The notes under the pieces are model-generated. The model did not search any database. It was given only the letters and a program-made list of their open reading frames with translations, and had not been told where the DNA came from. The translations under genes and the position numbers were made by a program. A stretch of DNA of 58,351 bases from Oscillospiraceae bacterium (GTDB taxonomy: Bacteria; Bacillota; Clostridia; Oscillospirales; Acutalibacteraceae), in contig JAQXLO010000065.1 of the NCBI GenBank assembly GCA_029012165.1, positions 1 to 58,351 of the forward strand, read 5' to 3'. Shown here in pieces: positions 1 through 8,475 of the stretch (its first letter is position 1; every line of letters starts with the position of its first letter).

Positions 1-746
1 GCCTCGATCAGGGAGATCTCTTTATCCAGCACCGCCTTGGGCAAACGGTACTCGGGGATGCCGTAGCGCAGCATACCGCCGAGCTTGGGCATTTTGTCAT
101 AAATCGTGACGGTGTGACCCTTGCGGCGCAGGAAGTACGCCGCCGTAAGTCCGCCGGGACCGCCGCCGATGACTGCGACCGTTTTGCCCGTATCGGGCGC
201 ACATTCGGGGACGAAGGGTTCCGCTTTTAAGTCCATATCCGCACCGAAAGCCTTCAGCGCCGCCAGAGAGACAGGCTCCTCCACCAGTGCACGGCGGCAC
301 TTCTTTTCGCAGGGGTGCGGGCATACTCTGCCGATGGACGCCGGAATCGGGATCACGTCCTTCATGGTTTGCGCCGCCTTATGGTATTCCCCGCAGGCGA
401 TCAGCGCCGCATACTTCTGGCAGTCCGTGCCGCCGGGGCAAGCCAGAGAACAGGGCGCAATGCAGTCGCCCGTGTGGTCGGACAAGAGCATATCCAGCAC
501 GAACTTGCGGGAACGCAGGACACGCTCGGACGCCGTCTCCACCACCATACCGTCCGCAACCTTGGTGGCACAGGCACGCAGCAGTTTGGGACCGACCTCG
601 CACACGCACAGACCGCAGGCGCCGTAGGGGGCGATGCGCTCGTCATGGCACAGGGTCGGAATCTCCACACCGTGCTCCTTCGCCGCCTCTAAAATCGTCT
701 GTCCGGCGGTGACTTCTATTTCCATACCGTTCAGTGTAATTTTCAT
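1..746 (-). CDS. 2Fe-2S domain + GltD/NfnB-like FAD/NAD(P)H oxidoreductase (3' end runs off the window start)
   Basis: Absent from the ORF track because it has no in-window stop. My minus-strand translation from ATG 746-744 reads MKITLNGMEIEVTAGQTILEAAKEHGVEIPTLCHDERIAPYGACGLCVCEV... and later GKTVAVIGGGPGGLTAAYFLRRKGHTVTIYDKMPKLGGMLRYGIPEYRLP. This gives a HydA/NuoG-type 2Fe-2S N-domain, Cys clusters and a glutamate-synthase-small-subunit dinucleotide fold. It starts 10 nt after the NuoF-like stop. Confidence 0.8.
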   Translation of the reverse strand, partial: MKITLNGMEIEVTAGQTILEAAKEHGVEIPTLCHDERIAPYGACGLCVCEVGPKLLRACATKVADGMVVETASERVLRSRKFVLDMLLSDHTGDCIAPCSLACPGGTDCQKYAALIACGEYHKAAQTMKDVIPIPASIGRVCPHPCEKKCRRALVEEPVSLAALKAFGADMDLKAEPFVPECAPDTGKTVAVIGGGPGGLTAAYFLRRKGHTVTIYDKMPKLGGMLRYGIPEYRLPKAVLDKEISLIE

Positions 747-756
747 TCTGCTCACC

Positions 757-2511
757 TCACACTTTCCGTACTGCGCCAAAGCGGCACACATCCGCACACT
801 GTCCGCACTTGATGCAGACGGCCGGATCAATGGTGAAGGGTTTCTTCACTTCGCCGCTGATGGCGCCCACAGGACACTTTTTGCTGCAAAGAGAACATCC
901 ACGGCAGCTCTCGGGGTCAATTTCATAGCGGATGAGTGCCGTGCATTCGCCTGCGGGACAGCGTTTTTCCTTGATATGCGCCTCGTATTCGTCCCGGAAA
1001 TAGCGAATGGTCGTCAGCACCGGGTTCGGTGCCGTCTGTCCGAGACCGCACAGGGCGTTCTCCTTGATGCGCTGGCACAGATCCTCCAGCAGCTCAATGT
1101 CGCCCTCCTTGCCCTCACCGTCACAGATGCGGGTCAGAATCTCCAAAAGCCGTCTGGTGCCAATGCGGCAGGCCACGCACTTGCCGCAGGATTCCTTGGT
1201 GGTAAACTCCAAAAAGAACTTCGCCATCTGCACCATGCAGGTGCTCTCGTCCATAATCACCATGCCGCCGGAACCCATGATGGCACCCGTGGCGGACAGC
1301 GCCTTGTAGTCGATGACGGTGTCGAGATATTCCTTGGGCACACAGCCGCCGGAGGGACCGCCGAGCTGGACGCCCTTGAACGCTTTATCGGTGCGCATAC
1401 CGCCGCCGATGTCAAAAATCACATCCCGCAGTGTCTTTCCCATGGGGATCTCCACAAGACCGCCCTTGCGAATCTTGCCGGTCAGGGCAAAGACCTTGGT
1501 GCCCTTGCTGCCCTCGGTGCCCATGGCGCAGAACGCTTCGCCGCCGTTTTGCAAAATCCACGCCACGTTGGCAAAGGTTTCCACGTTGTTGATGTTGGAG
1601 GGCTTGTGCCAGTAGCCCGATGCCGCCGGGAAGGGCGGCTTCAGACGGGGCATACCACGCTGTCCCTCGAGAGATTCGATCAGCGCCGTCTCTTCGCCGC
1701 AGACAAAGGCGCCTGCGCCCGCCTTGATGCGGAAATCACAGGAGAAGTCCGTGCCGAAGATATGTTCGCCGATATAGCCCGCCGCCTTCGCTTCCGCAAT
1801 CGCCTTTTCCAAGCGCTTGATCGCCAGCGGGTACTCGGCACGCACATAGACGATCGCCTCCGCCGCACCGATGGCATAGGCACCGATGAGCATACCCTCG
1901 ATCAGGGCATGGGGATCGCCCTCGATGACGGCACGATCCATAAAGGCGCCGGGGTCGCCCTCGTCGGCGTTGCAGATGAGATATTTGGGACCGCCCTCGC
2001 TCTGGCGGGCAGCGTTCCACTTGAACCACGTGGGGAAGCCTGCGCCGCCTCTGCCGGCAAGACCGGAGGTTTTTATTTCGTCAATGACCTGTTCGGGGGT
2101 CATGGCAGTGACTGCCTTTTTCAGCGCCGCATAGCCGCCGTGCGCCACCGCATCCGCCAAACTCTCGGGGTCGATAATACCGCAGTTGCGCAGGGCGATG
2201 CGGGTCTGCTTGTCCAGAAATGCGCTGTCCTGCTCGGAAACCAACAGTTTTTCCAAAACCGCTTCATCGCCGCTTTCGACATACTGTGTGATCGTTTCCG
2301 CATCCTCGGGCATCACCTTCACCAGACGCAGCAGCTTGTCCCCGTTGTATATATCCACAATGGGCTCCAAAAAGCACATACCGATACAGCCGGTGACGGA
2401 AAGCTTGGCGGGCAGATTCTTTTCGGCAATCGCCGCCTGCAATGCGTCATATACCTTGCCGGCGCCTGCCGAAATGCCGCAGGAGCCTTGTCCGACTTTA
2501 ATTTCAAGCAT
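757..2511 (-). CDS. NuoF/HydB-like NADH-binding FMN/FeS flavoprotein subunit
   Basis: ORF 757..2541, trimmed to ATG 2511 (MLEIKVGQGSCG...) behind AGGAGG. It has a thioredoxin-like 2Fe-2S N-domain, a NuoF core (GLAGRGGAGFPTWFKW) and a C-terminal 2x[4Fe-4S] region (CRGCSLCSKKCP / CIKCGQCADVC). It overlaps the NuoE-like stop by 8 nt. Confidence 0.9.
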   Translation of the reverse strand: MLEIKVGQGSCGISAGAGKVYDALQAAIAEKNLPAKLSVTGCIGMCFLEPIVDIYNGDKLLRLVKVMPEDAETITQYVESGDEAVLEKLLVSEQDSAFLDKQTRIALRNCGIIDPESLADAVAHGGYAALKKAVTAMTPEQVIDEIKTSGLAGRGGAGFPTWFKWNAARQSEGGPKYLICNADEGDPGAFMDRAVIEGDPHALIEGMLIGAYAIGAAEAIVYVRAEYPLAIKRLEKAIAEAKAAGYIGEHIFGTDFSCDFRIKAGAGAFVCGEETALIESLEGQRGMPRLKPPFPAASGYWHKPSNINNVETFANVAWILQNGGEAFCAMGTEGSKGTKVFALTGKIRKGGLVEIPMGKTLRDVIFDIGGGMRTDKAFKGVQLGGPSGGCVPKEYLDTVIDYKALSATGAIMGSGGMVIMDESTCMVQMAKFFLEFTTKESCGKCVACRIGTRRLLEILTRICDGEGKEGDIELLEDLCQRIKENALCGLGQTAPNPVLTTIRYFRDEYEAHIKEKRCPAGECTALIRYEIDPESCRGCSLCSKKCPVGAISGEVKKPFTIDPAVCIKCGQCADVCRFGAVRKV

Positions 2512-2980
2512 CGTTCTCTGCCTCCTTCCGCAGGGTCTCAAAAATGTCTCTGACCTTGGCCGGGGTCAGAGAGCCGTAGGTCTCGCCGTTGATCATCATG
2601 ACGGGAGACAGGGAGCAGCAACCCAGACACGCCACGCATTTCAGGGAGAACAGACCGTCCTCGGTGGTCTCGCCGTCCGAAATGCCCAGCTCCTCCGCAA
2701 TGGTGCGGGCAATGGTGTCTGCGCCGTTGACGTGGCAAGCCGTGCCCTTGCACAGCTGAATGAAATATTTGCCGACGGGGGTGAATCGGAACTGCGTGTA
2801 AAATGTCGCTACACCGCAGACCCGTGCCACGGGGATGTCCATGCGCTCTGCGATCTCTCGCAGTACATCCTGCGGCAGATAGCCGTAAATATCCTGTGCC
2901 TTCTGCAAAACCGTAATCAGACTGCCGGGAACGGCGCTGTACTGTTCCAGAACCGCACGGAGTGCATCGTGTTTATCCAT
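2504..2980 (-). CDS. NuoE/HydC-like thioredoxin-fold [2Fe-2S] subunit
   Basis: 158 aa with FYTQFRF...CKGTACHVNGA...CLGCCSLSPVMMING, the NuoE-type four-Cys pattern. It is the first gene of a three-gene operon. Confidence 0.9.
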   Translation of the reverse strand: MDKHDALRAVLEQYSAVPGSLITVLQKAQDIYGYLPQDVLREIAERMDIPVARVCGVATFYTQFRFTPVGKYFIQLCKGTACHVNGADTIARTIAEELGISDGETTEDGLFSLKCVACLGCCSLSPVMMINGETYGSLTPAKVRDIFETLRKEAENDA

Positions 2981-3014
2981 CAGGATCCGACCTTTCGTTA
3001 AAGGATTTCAGTTT

Positions 3015-3043
3015 ATTCTACTCCTTTCAAAAAACTCTGTCAA
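3015..3043 (-). promoter_or_regulatory. sigma-A-type promoter for the NuoE/NuoF/GltD-like operon
   Basis: On the minus strand: TTGACA (3043-3038), a 17-nt spacer, then TAGAAT (3020-3015), about 35 nt upstream of ATG 2980. Confidence 0.6.
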
Positions 3044-3054
3044 TATTAGAAAGC

Positions 3055-3083
3055 AAAAAGTGCCTCCCTTGGAAACACTTTTT
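3055..3083. terminator. Hairpin terminator downstream of spoIVA (flanked by A/T runs on both sides)
   Basis: AAAAAGTG-cctcccttggaaa-CACTTTTT lies immediately after the spoIVA stop at 3098. Confidence 0.6.
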
Positions 3084-3097
3084 GCCTTATTGTTCTA

Positions 3098-4573
3098 TTA
3101 AAGAATGATACAGATCAGCCCGCTGCACCCCTCGTTGATGACTCTTTCCAGCGTTTCCTGAATTCGCATTCGTGCATCGGTGGGCATCTTGTACAGCTTG
3201 TTATGCAGTCCCTCGTTGACCAATTCGTGCAGGGATTTTCCGAAGATGTTGGAGCCCCAGATCTTGGACGGGTTTTCCTCGAATTCCTTTAAAAGGTACA
3301 TCACCAGCTCCTCCGACTGGGATTCCGAGCCGACAATGGGTGCGACCTCGGTGGTGATGTTGGCTTTCATAATGTGCAAAGACGGCGCCGAAGCCCGCAG
3401 ACGCACACCGTACCGTCCGCCCTGCCGCATGATCTCCGGCTCCTCCAGGTGCAGTTCCTCCAGCGTGGGCATGACGATCCCGTACCCCGTTGCCTCCACC
3501 TCATCCAAAGCGGTGCGCAGACGTTTGTACTCCCTCTCCATGGCAGCCAGCGTGCGCATCTTCGTCAGCAGTGCCTGCTCATCGGCGATGTCCATGCCGG
3601 TGGTTTCCGTGAGCACCTTGTAAAACAGCTGCGGCTCGATCACGGCGGTGATCCGTGCACTGCCTGTGGACAGATCCATGGTGTCGATCCGGGCGGAGAG
3701 CAGATAGGCACACTGTCCGACGCTGTCCGCCATGCTCTGAATATCCCGCATATGGGACAAACCCTGTGCCGCTTCCCGCACCGCATCCGTTACGGCGGCA
3801 CGCAGCCAATGGGAGCGCTCCAGCGTCATCAGCCAGTGAGGCAGATCCATGCACACCTCCTTGACAGGGAACTCAAAGAGGATCTGGGAGAGAATGCTGC
3901 GGATCTCCTCCTCCCCCATGGTCATGCAGTTGACCGGCAAAACGGGCACGCCGTACTGCGTGCGCATGGCGGCGGCAGTTTCCCGGGCGGCAGGCGAGTC
4001 CGGTTCGGTGCTGTTGAGCAGGACGATAAACGGCTTGTTCAGCGCCTGCAGTTCGGAGATGACCCGTTCTTCCGCCTGTTGGTACTCCTCCCGGGGGATG
4101 TCGCTGATGGTGCCGTCCGTTGTGACCACAAGGCCGATGGTGGAATGCTCGCTGATCACCTTTTTCGTGCCGATCTCCGCCGCCATGTTGAACGGAATTT
4201 CCTTGTCGAACCACGGCGTTTTCACCATGCGCGGCTGTTCATTCTCGATGTACCCCAGAGAGCTGGGCACGATATATCCCACGCAGTCGATCATCCGCAC
4301 ACGCAGATTGGTGTTGCCCGCCAGCACGATCTCCGCCGCATTCTCGGGAATAAACTTCGGCTCCGTGGTCATGATCGTCCTGCCGGACGCCGACTGGGGC
4401 AGTTCGTCGTTGGCACGCTCTTTTTTGTACACATCACGGATGTTCGGCAGAACCAACGTATCCATGAACCGCTTGATAAAAGTGGATTTCCCCGTTCGCA
4501 CAGGGCCGACGACGCCGACGTAAATGTCCCCGCCGGTGCGGATCGCAATATCGCTGTAGATGTTGCCTTGCAT
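3098..4573 (-). CDS. spoIVA: Stage IV sporulation protein A (spore-coat morphogenetic ATPase)
   Basis: Starts MQGNIYSDIAIRTGGDIYVGVVGPVRTGKSTFIKRF (Walker A) and is 491 aa. The start is set at ATG 4573 behind GGAGGAG. The track ORF extends to 4864 only by reading into the MITE. Confidence 0.93.
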   Translation of the reverse strand: MQGNIYSDIAIRTGGDIYVGVVGPVRTGKSTFIKRFMDTLVLPNIRDVYKKERANDELPQSASGRTIMTTEPKFIPENAAEIVLAGNTNLRVRMIDCVGYIVPSSLGYIENEQPRMVKTPWFDKEIPFNMAAEIGTKKVISEHSTIGLVVTTDGTISDIPREEYQQAEERVISELQALNKPFIVLLNSTEPDSPAARETAAAMRTQYGVPVLPVNCMTMGEEEIRSILSQILFEFPVKEVCMDLPHWLMTLERSHWLRAAVTDAVREAAQGLSHMRDIQSMADSVGQCAYLLSARIDTMDLSTGSARITAVIEPQLFYKVLTETTGMDIADEQALLTKMRTLAAMEREYKRLRTALDEVEATGYGIVMPTLEELHLEEPEIMRQGGRYGVRLRASAPSLHIMKANITTEVAPIVGSESQSEELVMYLLKEFEENPSKIWGSNIFGKSLHELVNEGLHNKLYKMPTDARMRIQETLERVINEGCSGLICIIL

Positions 4574-4700
4574 AGTATCTCCTCCATATTCGCCATTTTC
4601 ACGACAATTCATTTTGTATAAAGATATGTCCCGCCTCGGACAAATATGACAGAGAAAACGAATTCGAGTGCAATAGACTGTTCCGGCTCCATAAAATGCA

Positions 4701-5032
4701 CGCTCTTCACGGAAAATTGTGGGTTTTGTGCTTCGCACTGGGGAACCCCCGGCGAGGGTTCCCCATGCCAAAACAGTCCACCGGACTGTTTTGGCTCCCC
4801 TGCGAGGGGAGCTGTCTGCGCAGCAGACTGAGGGGTTCAAAACGCCGCCGCACGCAGACAGCAAAAGTCAGCGAAAAACCCTCCCGACGAGGCTGACGCC
4901 TCGCCACCCTCCCTCGCAGGGAGGGCTTTCGCTTTGTAAAACCAAACTTTCGCCGGACTTTTTCGACAGTCTGGCAAGCCTTCCCAAAGGCTTGAGAGAA
5001 ACTTTAAATCCCACAAAAATCCGTGATGAACC
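4701..5032 (+). mobile_element. MITE-like structured repeat, copy 1 (variant internal module)
   Basis: The left end CGCTCTTCACGGAAAATTGTGGG and right end AATCCCACAAAAATCCGTGATGAACC are imperfect inverted repeats. Flanking 8-mers are AAAATGCA (4693-4700) and AAAAAGCA (5033-5040), a 7/8 match. It shares the hairpin block GGGGAACCCCCGGCGAGGGTTCCCC / CCAAAACAGTCCACCGGACTGTTTTGG with the other three copies. Confidence 0.8.
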
Positions 5033-5087
5033 AAAAAGCAAAAACGCCGAAGCACGAAGCTTCGGCGCATGAGAAGTTCAGACGGAA

Positions 5088-5294
5088 TCAACCAAAGAGA
5101 TTTTTGAAGAAAAGATAGATCGAATCAATCACGTTGAAGAACGCTTTAACATTGATCGTCAGCTTTTCAAACAGCACGGTGATAATGCCGTAGTCGGTCA
5201 TAGTGACACTGCTGTCTGCGGCAAATGCCGTCACGGAAAGGACGAGCGCCATGACAGCCAGAACACCCACGGTGAAGAAAATTTTTCTGCGCAT
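5088..5294 (-). CDS. Small secreted protein: signal peptide + amphipathic tail only
   Basis: 68 aa with a signal peptide (VTAFAADS) followed by ...VLFEKLTINVKAFFNVIDSIYLFFKNLFG. AAAGGAG RBS. It is the last gene of the tightly spaced 5-gene array. Confidence 0.65.
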   Translation of the reverse strand: MRRKIFFTVGVLAVMALVLSVTAFAADSSVTMTDYGIITVLFEKLTINVKAFFNVIDSIYLFFKNLFG

Positions 5295-5310
5295 AAACGG
5301 TTCTCCTTTC

Positions 5311-6006
5311 TTATGCCTTCTCGCCGTTGAAGATCACATCATACAGCCATGCTTTCACGTAGAGGATGGCGTTGCACACAGCCTTGATCGCCTTCATGAT
5401 CGGCTCGGAAATCGCCTTGCGGATGGAATAGAAGAAGTCCACGATGTAGTACAGGTCGTCCACATCTTCGCTGGTGTTGAGCTTGTGGTTCTTTTCCCAG
5501 ACCGCATAGCAGGCGATGGAGTTGGCCGTCGCATTGAAGTCGGTGACGACCCAGCCGACGAAGGTGTTATCCTCGGAGTAGGCGATGGTAAAGTCGGTGA
5601 AGTCGATGTCACGGATCTCGCCGGGCTGGTTCTTGGGGCACTCATCCCGGACATATTCCACGGCAGAGGGGCTGAAGGCGATGTTGTTGGCATCGGCAGG
5701 CTCCCACTTGCCCTTGGGTCTTGCGTCCACATCGGGATAGTAGAAAACCGTAAGACCCTTCGTTCTGCCGGTCTTGTAGCTGATGATCTGATCGCCGGGC
5801 TTGAGGAGTGTCGCAACGTCGTTGCCTGCCTCCAAGTACTTCAGCGTGGAGAAGTCGGGATCCTGACAGATCTCATAGGTGGAATAGGTTACCGGCTCTT
5901 CGGTGGTTTCGGTTTCCGGCTCCGTGACGTCCTCGGCATACGCTAGCATCCCGGAGAAAGAGAACACTGTTAAAACGGCCAAAAGGACCGCAAGAATTTT
6001 TTTCAT
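5311..6006 (-). CDS. Secreted protein, tail-bearing family (paralog of 7457..8290)
   Basis: Signal peptide MKKILAVLLAVLTVFSFSGMLAYAEDV. It shares KPGDQII...LTVFYYPDVDA and FVGWVV...CYAVWEK (an InlB-B-repeat-like F-GW...YA-W signature) with the 277-aa protein. C-terminal tail: FFYSIRKAISEPIMKAIKAVCNAILYVKAWLYDVIF. Confidence 0.75.
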   Translation of the reverse strand: MKKILAVLLAVLTVFSFSGMLAYAEDVTEPETETTEEPVTYSTYEICQDPDFSTLKYLEAGNDVATLLKPGDQIISYKTGRTKGLTVFYYPDVDARPKGKWEPADANNIAFSPSAVEYVRDECPKNQPGEIRDIDFTDFTIAYSEDNTFVGWVVTDFNATANSIACYAVWEKNHKLNTSEDVDDLYYIVDFFYSIRKAISEPIMKAIKAVCNAILYVKAWLYDVIFNGEKA

Positions 6007-6027
6007 TTCAATAGCTCCTTTCGATCC

Positions 6028-6762
6028 TTATTTTGCACGGATGCCCTTGCCCAGAATCTTTGCCCAGAAAGCGATCAGCTTGGGAACGACCTTGAGCAGG
6101 ACATCGCCGAGCTTGTCTAAGAAAGCGCACCAGTTGGTGTACAGTTTCTCAACGAAGCTCTCGAAGCCGCTGGGTTCACGGGTCTCGTAAACGGCCTTGA
6201 CCTTGATGTTCAGGCTGTTCGCCGTATCGACCACGGAAGTGATCTCCCATGCGGTGACAGTGGTGTACTGATAATAGGTGGTTCTGGCGTAGTCATAGTC
6301 GATGGACAGGGTGATGTCGTTTTTGAGCTTCTCCTGCTCTTCCTTGGGCAGAGCGCTCTGAATCTCCAGACCGGACTTGAAATCGCCGTTTTTGACTTCC
6401 ATTTCATCCACGGAATCGCCGACAGCCTTCACGGTATATGTACCGGCATACAGCTCGCCCGAGGTGAAGGAGGCGACGTTGTCACGGAAAGAAACGAGAC
6501 CGACAAAGGATTCGTTTGCATATTTCTTTTGCAGTGCGCTGGTGACGTTCTCCGCATCCTCTTTGGCGACGGCGTAGGTGAACATGAACGTCTCGCAGGT
6601 GTCAAAGGCGGATGTGATCTTGTCGCCGGGGGTCAGGATCTGACCGACATAGTAGCCGGACTCCGTCTTGTTGGGTTCTTCGGCGTCCTCTGCGGCGGCG
6701 CCCACGGCAAAACAGCCAAAGACGGACAAAACAGCCAGCAGGATCGCAAGTACTTTTTTCAT
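6028..6762 (-). CDS. Secreted protein, tail-bearing family
   Basis: Signal peptide MKKVLAILLAVLSVFGCFAVGAAAEDA. C-terminal tail: FESFVEKLYTNWCAFLDKLGDVLLKVVPKLIAFWAKILGKG. Confidence 0.75.
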   Translation of the reverse strand: MKKVLAILLAVLSVFGCFAVGAAAEDAEEPNKTESGYYVGQILTPGDKITSAFDTCETFMFTYAVAKEDAENVTSALQKKYANESFVGLVSFRDNVASFTSGELYAGTYTVKAVGDSVDEMEVKNGDFKSGLEIQSALPKEEQEKLKNDITLSIDYDYARTTYYQYTTVTAWEITSVVDTANSLNIKVKAVYETREPSGFESFVEKLYTNWCAFLDKLGDVLLKVVPKLIAFWAKILGKGIRAK

Positions 6763-6789
6763 TTTATAATCCTCCTATTGCACAGCCGA

Positions 6790-7431
6790 TCAGACAAGGA
6801 AGCTGCCGATGCGGGCAAACAGCTCTGCCAGATAGTTGATGACGTAGTCGATGACCGTCTTGATGTAGCCGCGCATCATGGTCTTGTAGCCTTCCCAGCC
6901 GGTGAGCGGGGGAATATCCCACTCAGCCTCTAAGATCACGCGGTTGAATTCGGTGCCGGAGTAGACGGAAGTGACCTTCCACTGCTTGAAGCCGTAGCCG
7001 AGATCGCTGGCGTAGTCGATCATGAGGTTGGTCTGACGGGCGCCGTTGATGTAGGCATACTGGGGATAGTCGCCCAGCGCACACACAGCATAGCCGCTGC
7101 CGCTGTAGTCCACGAATTTTTCGACCTTATTGCCGCTGGAGGCGTCTGCGCCTGCACAGTATTCCACGATCAGCACGGCGCTGACAGCCGCTTCCGCTTG
7201 GGCGACAGGCTCCTGCGGATCCTCCTGGGGCTGTTCGGGAAGAAGGATGATGTCGGTGGGGTTGAGGTATGTATCCTGCTTGGCGTCGATGGCCGCCACA
7301 AGATCCTCAATCTTGTATTCCACGGGGGTATAAGCGGGTTCCTCCGCTGCGTCCTCGGCGCTTGCACCGACGGTGAAAATGCCCAGTGCAAGGACGGACG
7401 CCATGAGGATGGCAAGAATCTTTTTCAGCAT
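6790..7431 (-). CDS. Secreted protein, tail-bearing family
   Basis: Signal peptide MLKKILAILMASVLALGIFTVGASAEDA. It contains GYGFKQWKVTS...VILEAEWD (InlB-B-repeat-like). C-terminal tail: YKTMMRGYIKTVIDYVINYLAELFARIGSFLV. Confidence 0.75.
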   Translation of the reverse strand: MLKKILAILMASVLALGIFTVGASAEDAAEEPAYTPVEYKIEDLVAAIDAKQDTYLNPTDIILLPEQPQEDPQEPVAQAEAAVSAVLIVEYCAGADASSGNKVEKFVDYSGSGYAVCALGDYPQYAYINGARQTNLMIDYASDLGYGFKQWKVTSVYSGTEFNRVILEAEWDIPPLTGWEGYKTMMRGYIKTVIDYVINYLAELFARIGSFLV

Positions 7432-7456
7432 GGTATGGTTCCTCCCTTACGCAAAA

Positions 7457-8290
7457 TTAAGCTTCGATGCCGAAAATACCGTACAGCCAGTTGCGCACGC
7501 CGGTATTCAGGATCATCGCCAGTGCAGCATTCAGCAGAGCAGGGACGGCTCTGATCCAGCCGGAAGCAACGCCGATGTAGTACAGAACCTTGTTCATGGC
7601 GTTGATGACGGGATCATCGCTCTCCTCGTAGCCGGGACCGTCGGGCTCCTCAGGCTCTTCGGGAGCGGCGTCTCTGTCCCACAGGGCATACAGCTCGATG
7701 CCGCCCATAGAGGCGCTGGACAGGGAGACGTTGCCGGAGGACTTGAGCATGACCCAGCCGAGGAATTTGGCACCGTCCAGTGCAAAGTCCATGGGAACTT
7801 CGCCTCTGTCCAGAAGTGCAGAGTCTCTGGACATGGCCACGTCACCGAGGTCGGCAATGGTAAAGGCGAGGGTGTCGCCCTTGACAAAGTCGGCGGTGGT
7901 GTAGAAGCTCTTGTAGTAGTTGGGGCTCTTGGCCATGAAATCGTCAACGGTTTCGCCCTTTTCGGCATCGACCGTCCACTTGGTCGTATCCAGATTGTAC
8001 TGCGGCACCTTGACGTCCTTCCAGTCCACATTCTTGCGGTTGCTGGCGCCGATGGCGGCGGCGTCCGGGTAGTAGTACACACGCAGTGTCTTGGTCTTGG
8101 CGGTCAGTGCGCCGATCTCGATCACGTCGCCCGCCTTGAGGATCGCCACCTCGCCATCGGGGGAAGCCTGTCCGATACGGGGCATCTCCGAGAGCTTGTA
8201 CGTGGCGCCCGTTTCTTCTGCGGCGGCGGAGACGGCGACAACGCTGAACGCCATGACCACTGCCAGCAAAACGGCAAGTACTTTTTTCAT
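7457..8290 (-). CDS. Secreted protein, tail-bearing family (first gene of the array)
   Basis: Signal peptide MKKVLAVLLAVVMAFSVVAVSAAAEET. It contains KAGDVIE...LRVYYYPDAAA and FLGWVM...LYALWDR, then an acidic/Pro linker EEPEEPDGPGYEESDD. C-terminal tail: VINAMNKVLYYIGVASGWIRAVPALLNAALAMILNTGVRNWLYGIF. Confidence 0.75.
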   Translation of the reverse strand: MKKVLAVLLAVVMAFSVVAVSAAAEETGATYKLSEMPRIGQASPDGEVAILKAGDVIEIGALTAKTKTLRVYYYPDAAAIGASNRKNVDWKDVKVPQYNLDTTKWTVDAEKGETVDDFMAKSPNYYKSFYTTADFVKGDTLAFTIADLGDVAMSRDSALLDRGEVPMDFALDGAKFLGWVMLKSSGNVSLSSASMGGIELYALWDRDAAPEEPEEPDGPGYEESDDPVINAMNKVLYYIGVASGWIRAVPALLNAALAMILNTGVRNWLYGIFGIEA

Positions 8291-8475
8291 TAATGATTCC
8301 TCCTTAAGAAAATCGTCTGAACTACCGGGTCGGGGTTTCCAATCCGATTCAAAATTATTCTAAACGATTTCTTTTATTTTTACAAGAGGAAAACGTAATT
8401 TTGTCAAATTTTTTTGTTCATTCACCGTCAGGTTGCCTATACTTTCCGTTCATTTTTTGTGCAGAATGCTGTTTT

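Noticed and set aside
634-2553. 639-aa plus-strand ORF covering the NuoF-like gene
   Set aside because: It is antisense to a gene with clear NuoF motifs. Its translation is Ala/Gly/Arg/His-rich with no recognisable domains, which is typical of a shadow ORF in GC-rich DNA.
4574-4864. 97-codon N-terminal extension of the spoIVA ORF in the track
   Set aside because: The extension reads through MITE copy 1 (peptide GAKTVRWTVLAWGTLAGGSPVR). The canonical SpoIVA N-terminus MQGNIYSDIA with its Walker A motif starts at 4573, behind a strong RBS.
8300-8420. sigma-A promoter for the secreted-protein array (TTGACA at 8407-8402)
   Set aside because: The best -10 candidates (TAAAAA/AAAAAT) are 19-20 nt from the -35, which is suboptimal. 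I could not decide between a sigma-A and a sporulation-sigma promoter by eye, so no promoter feature is reported.
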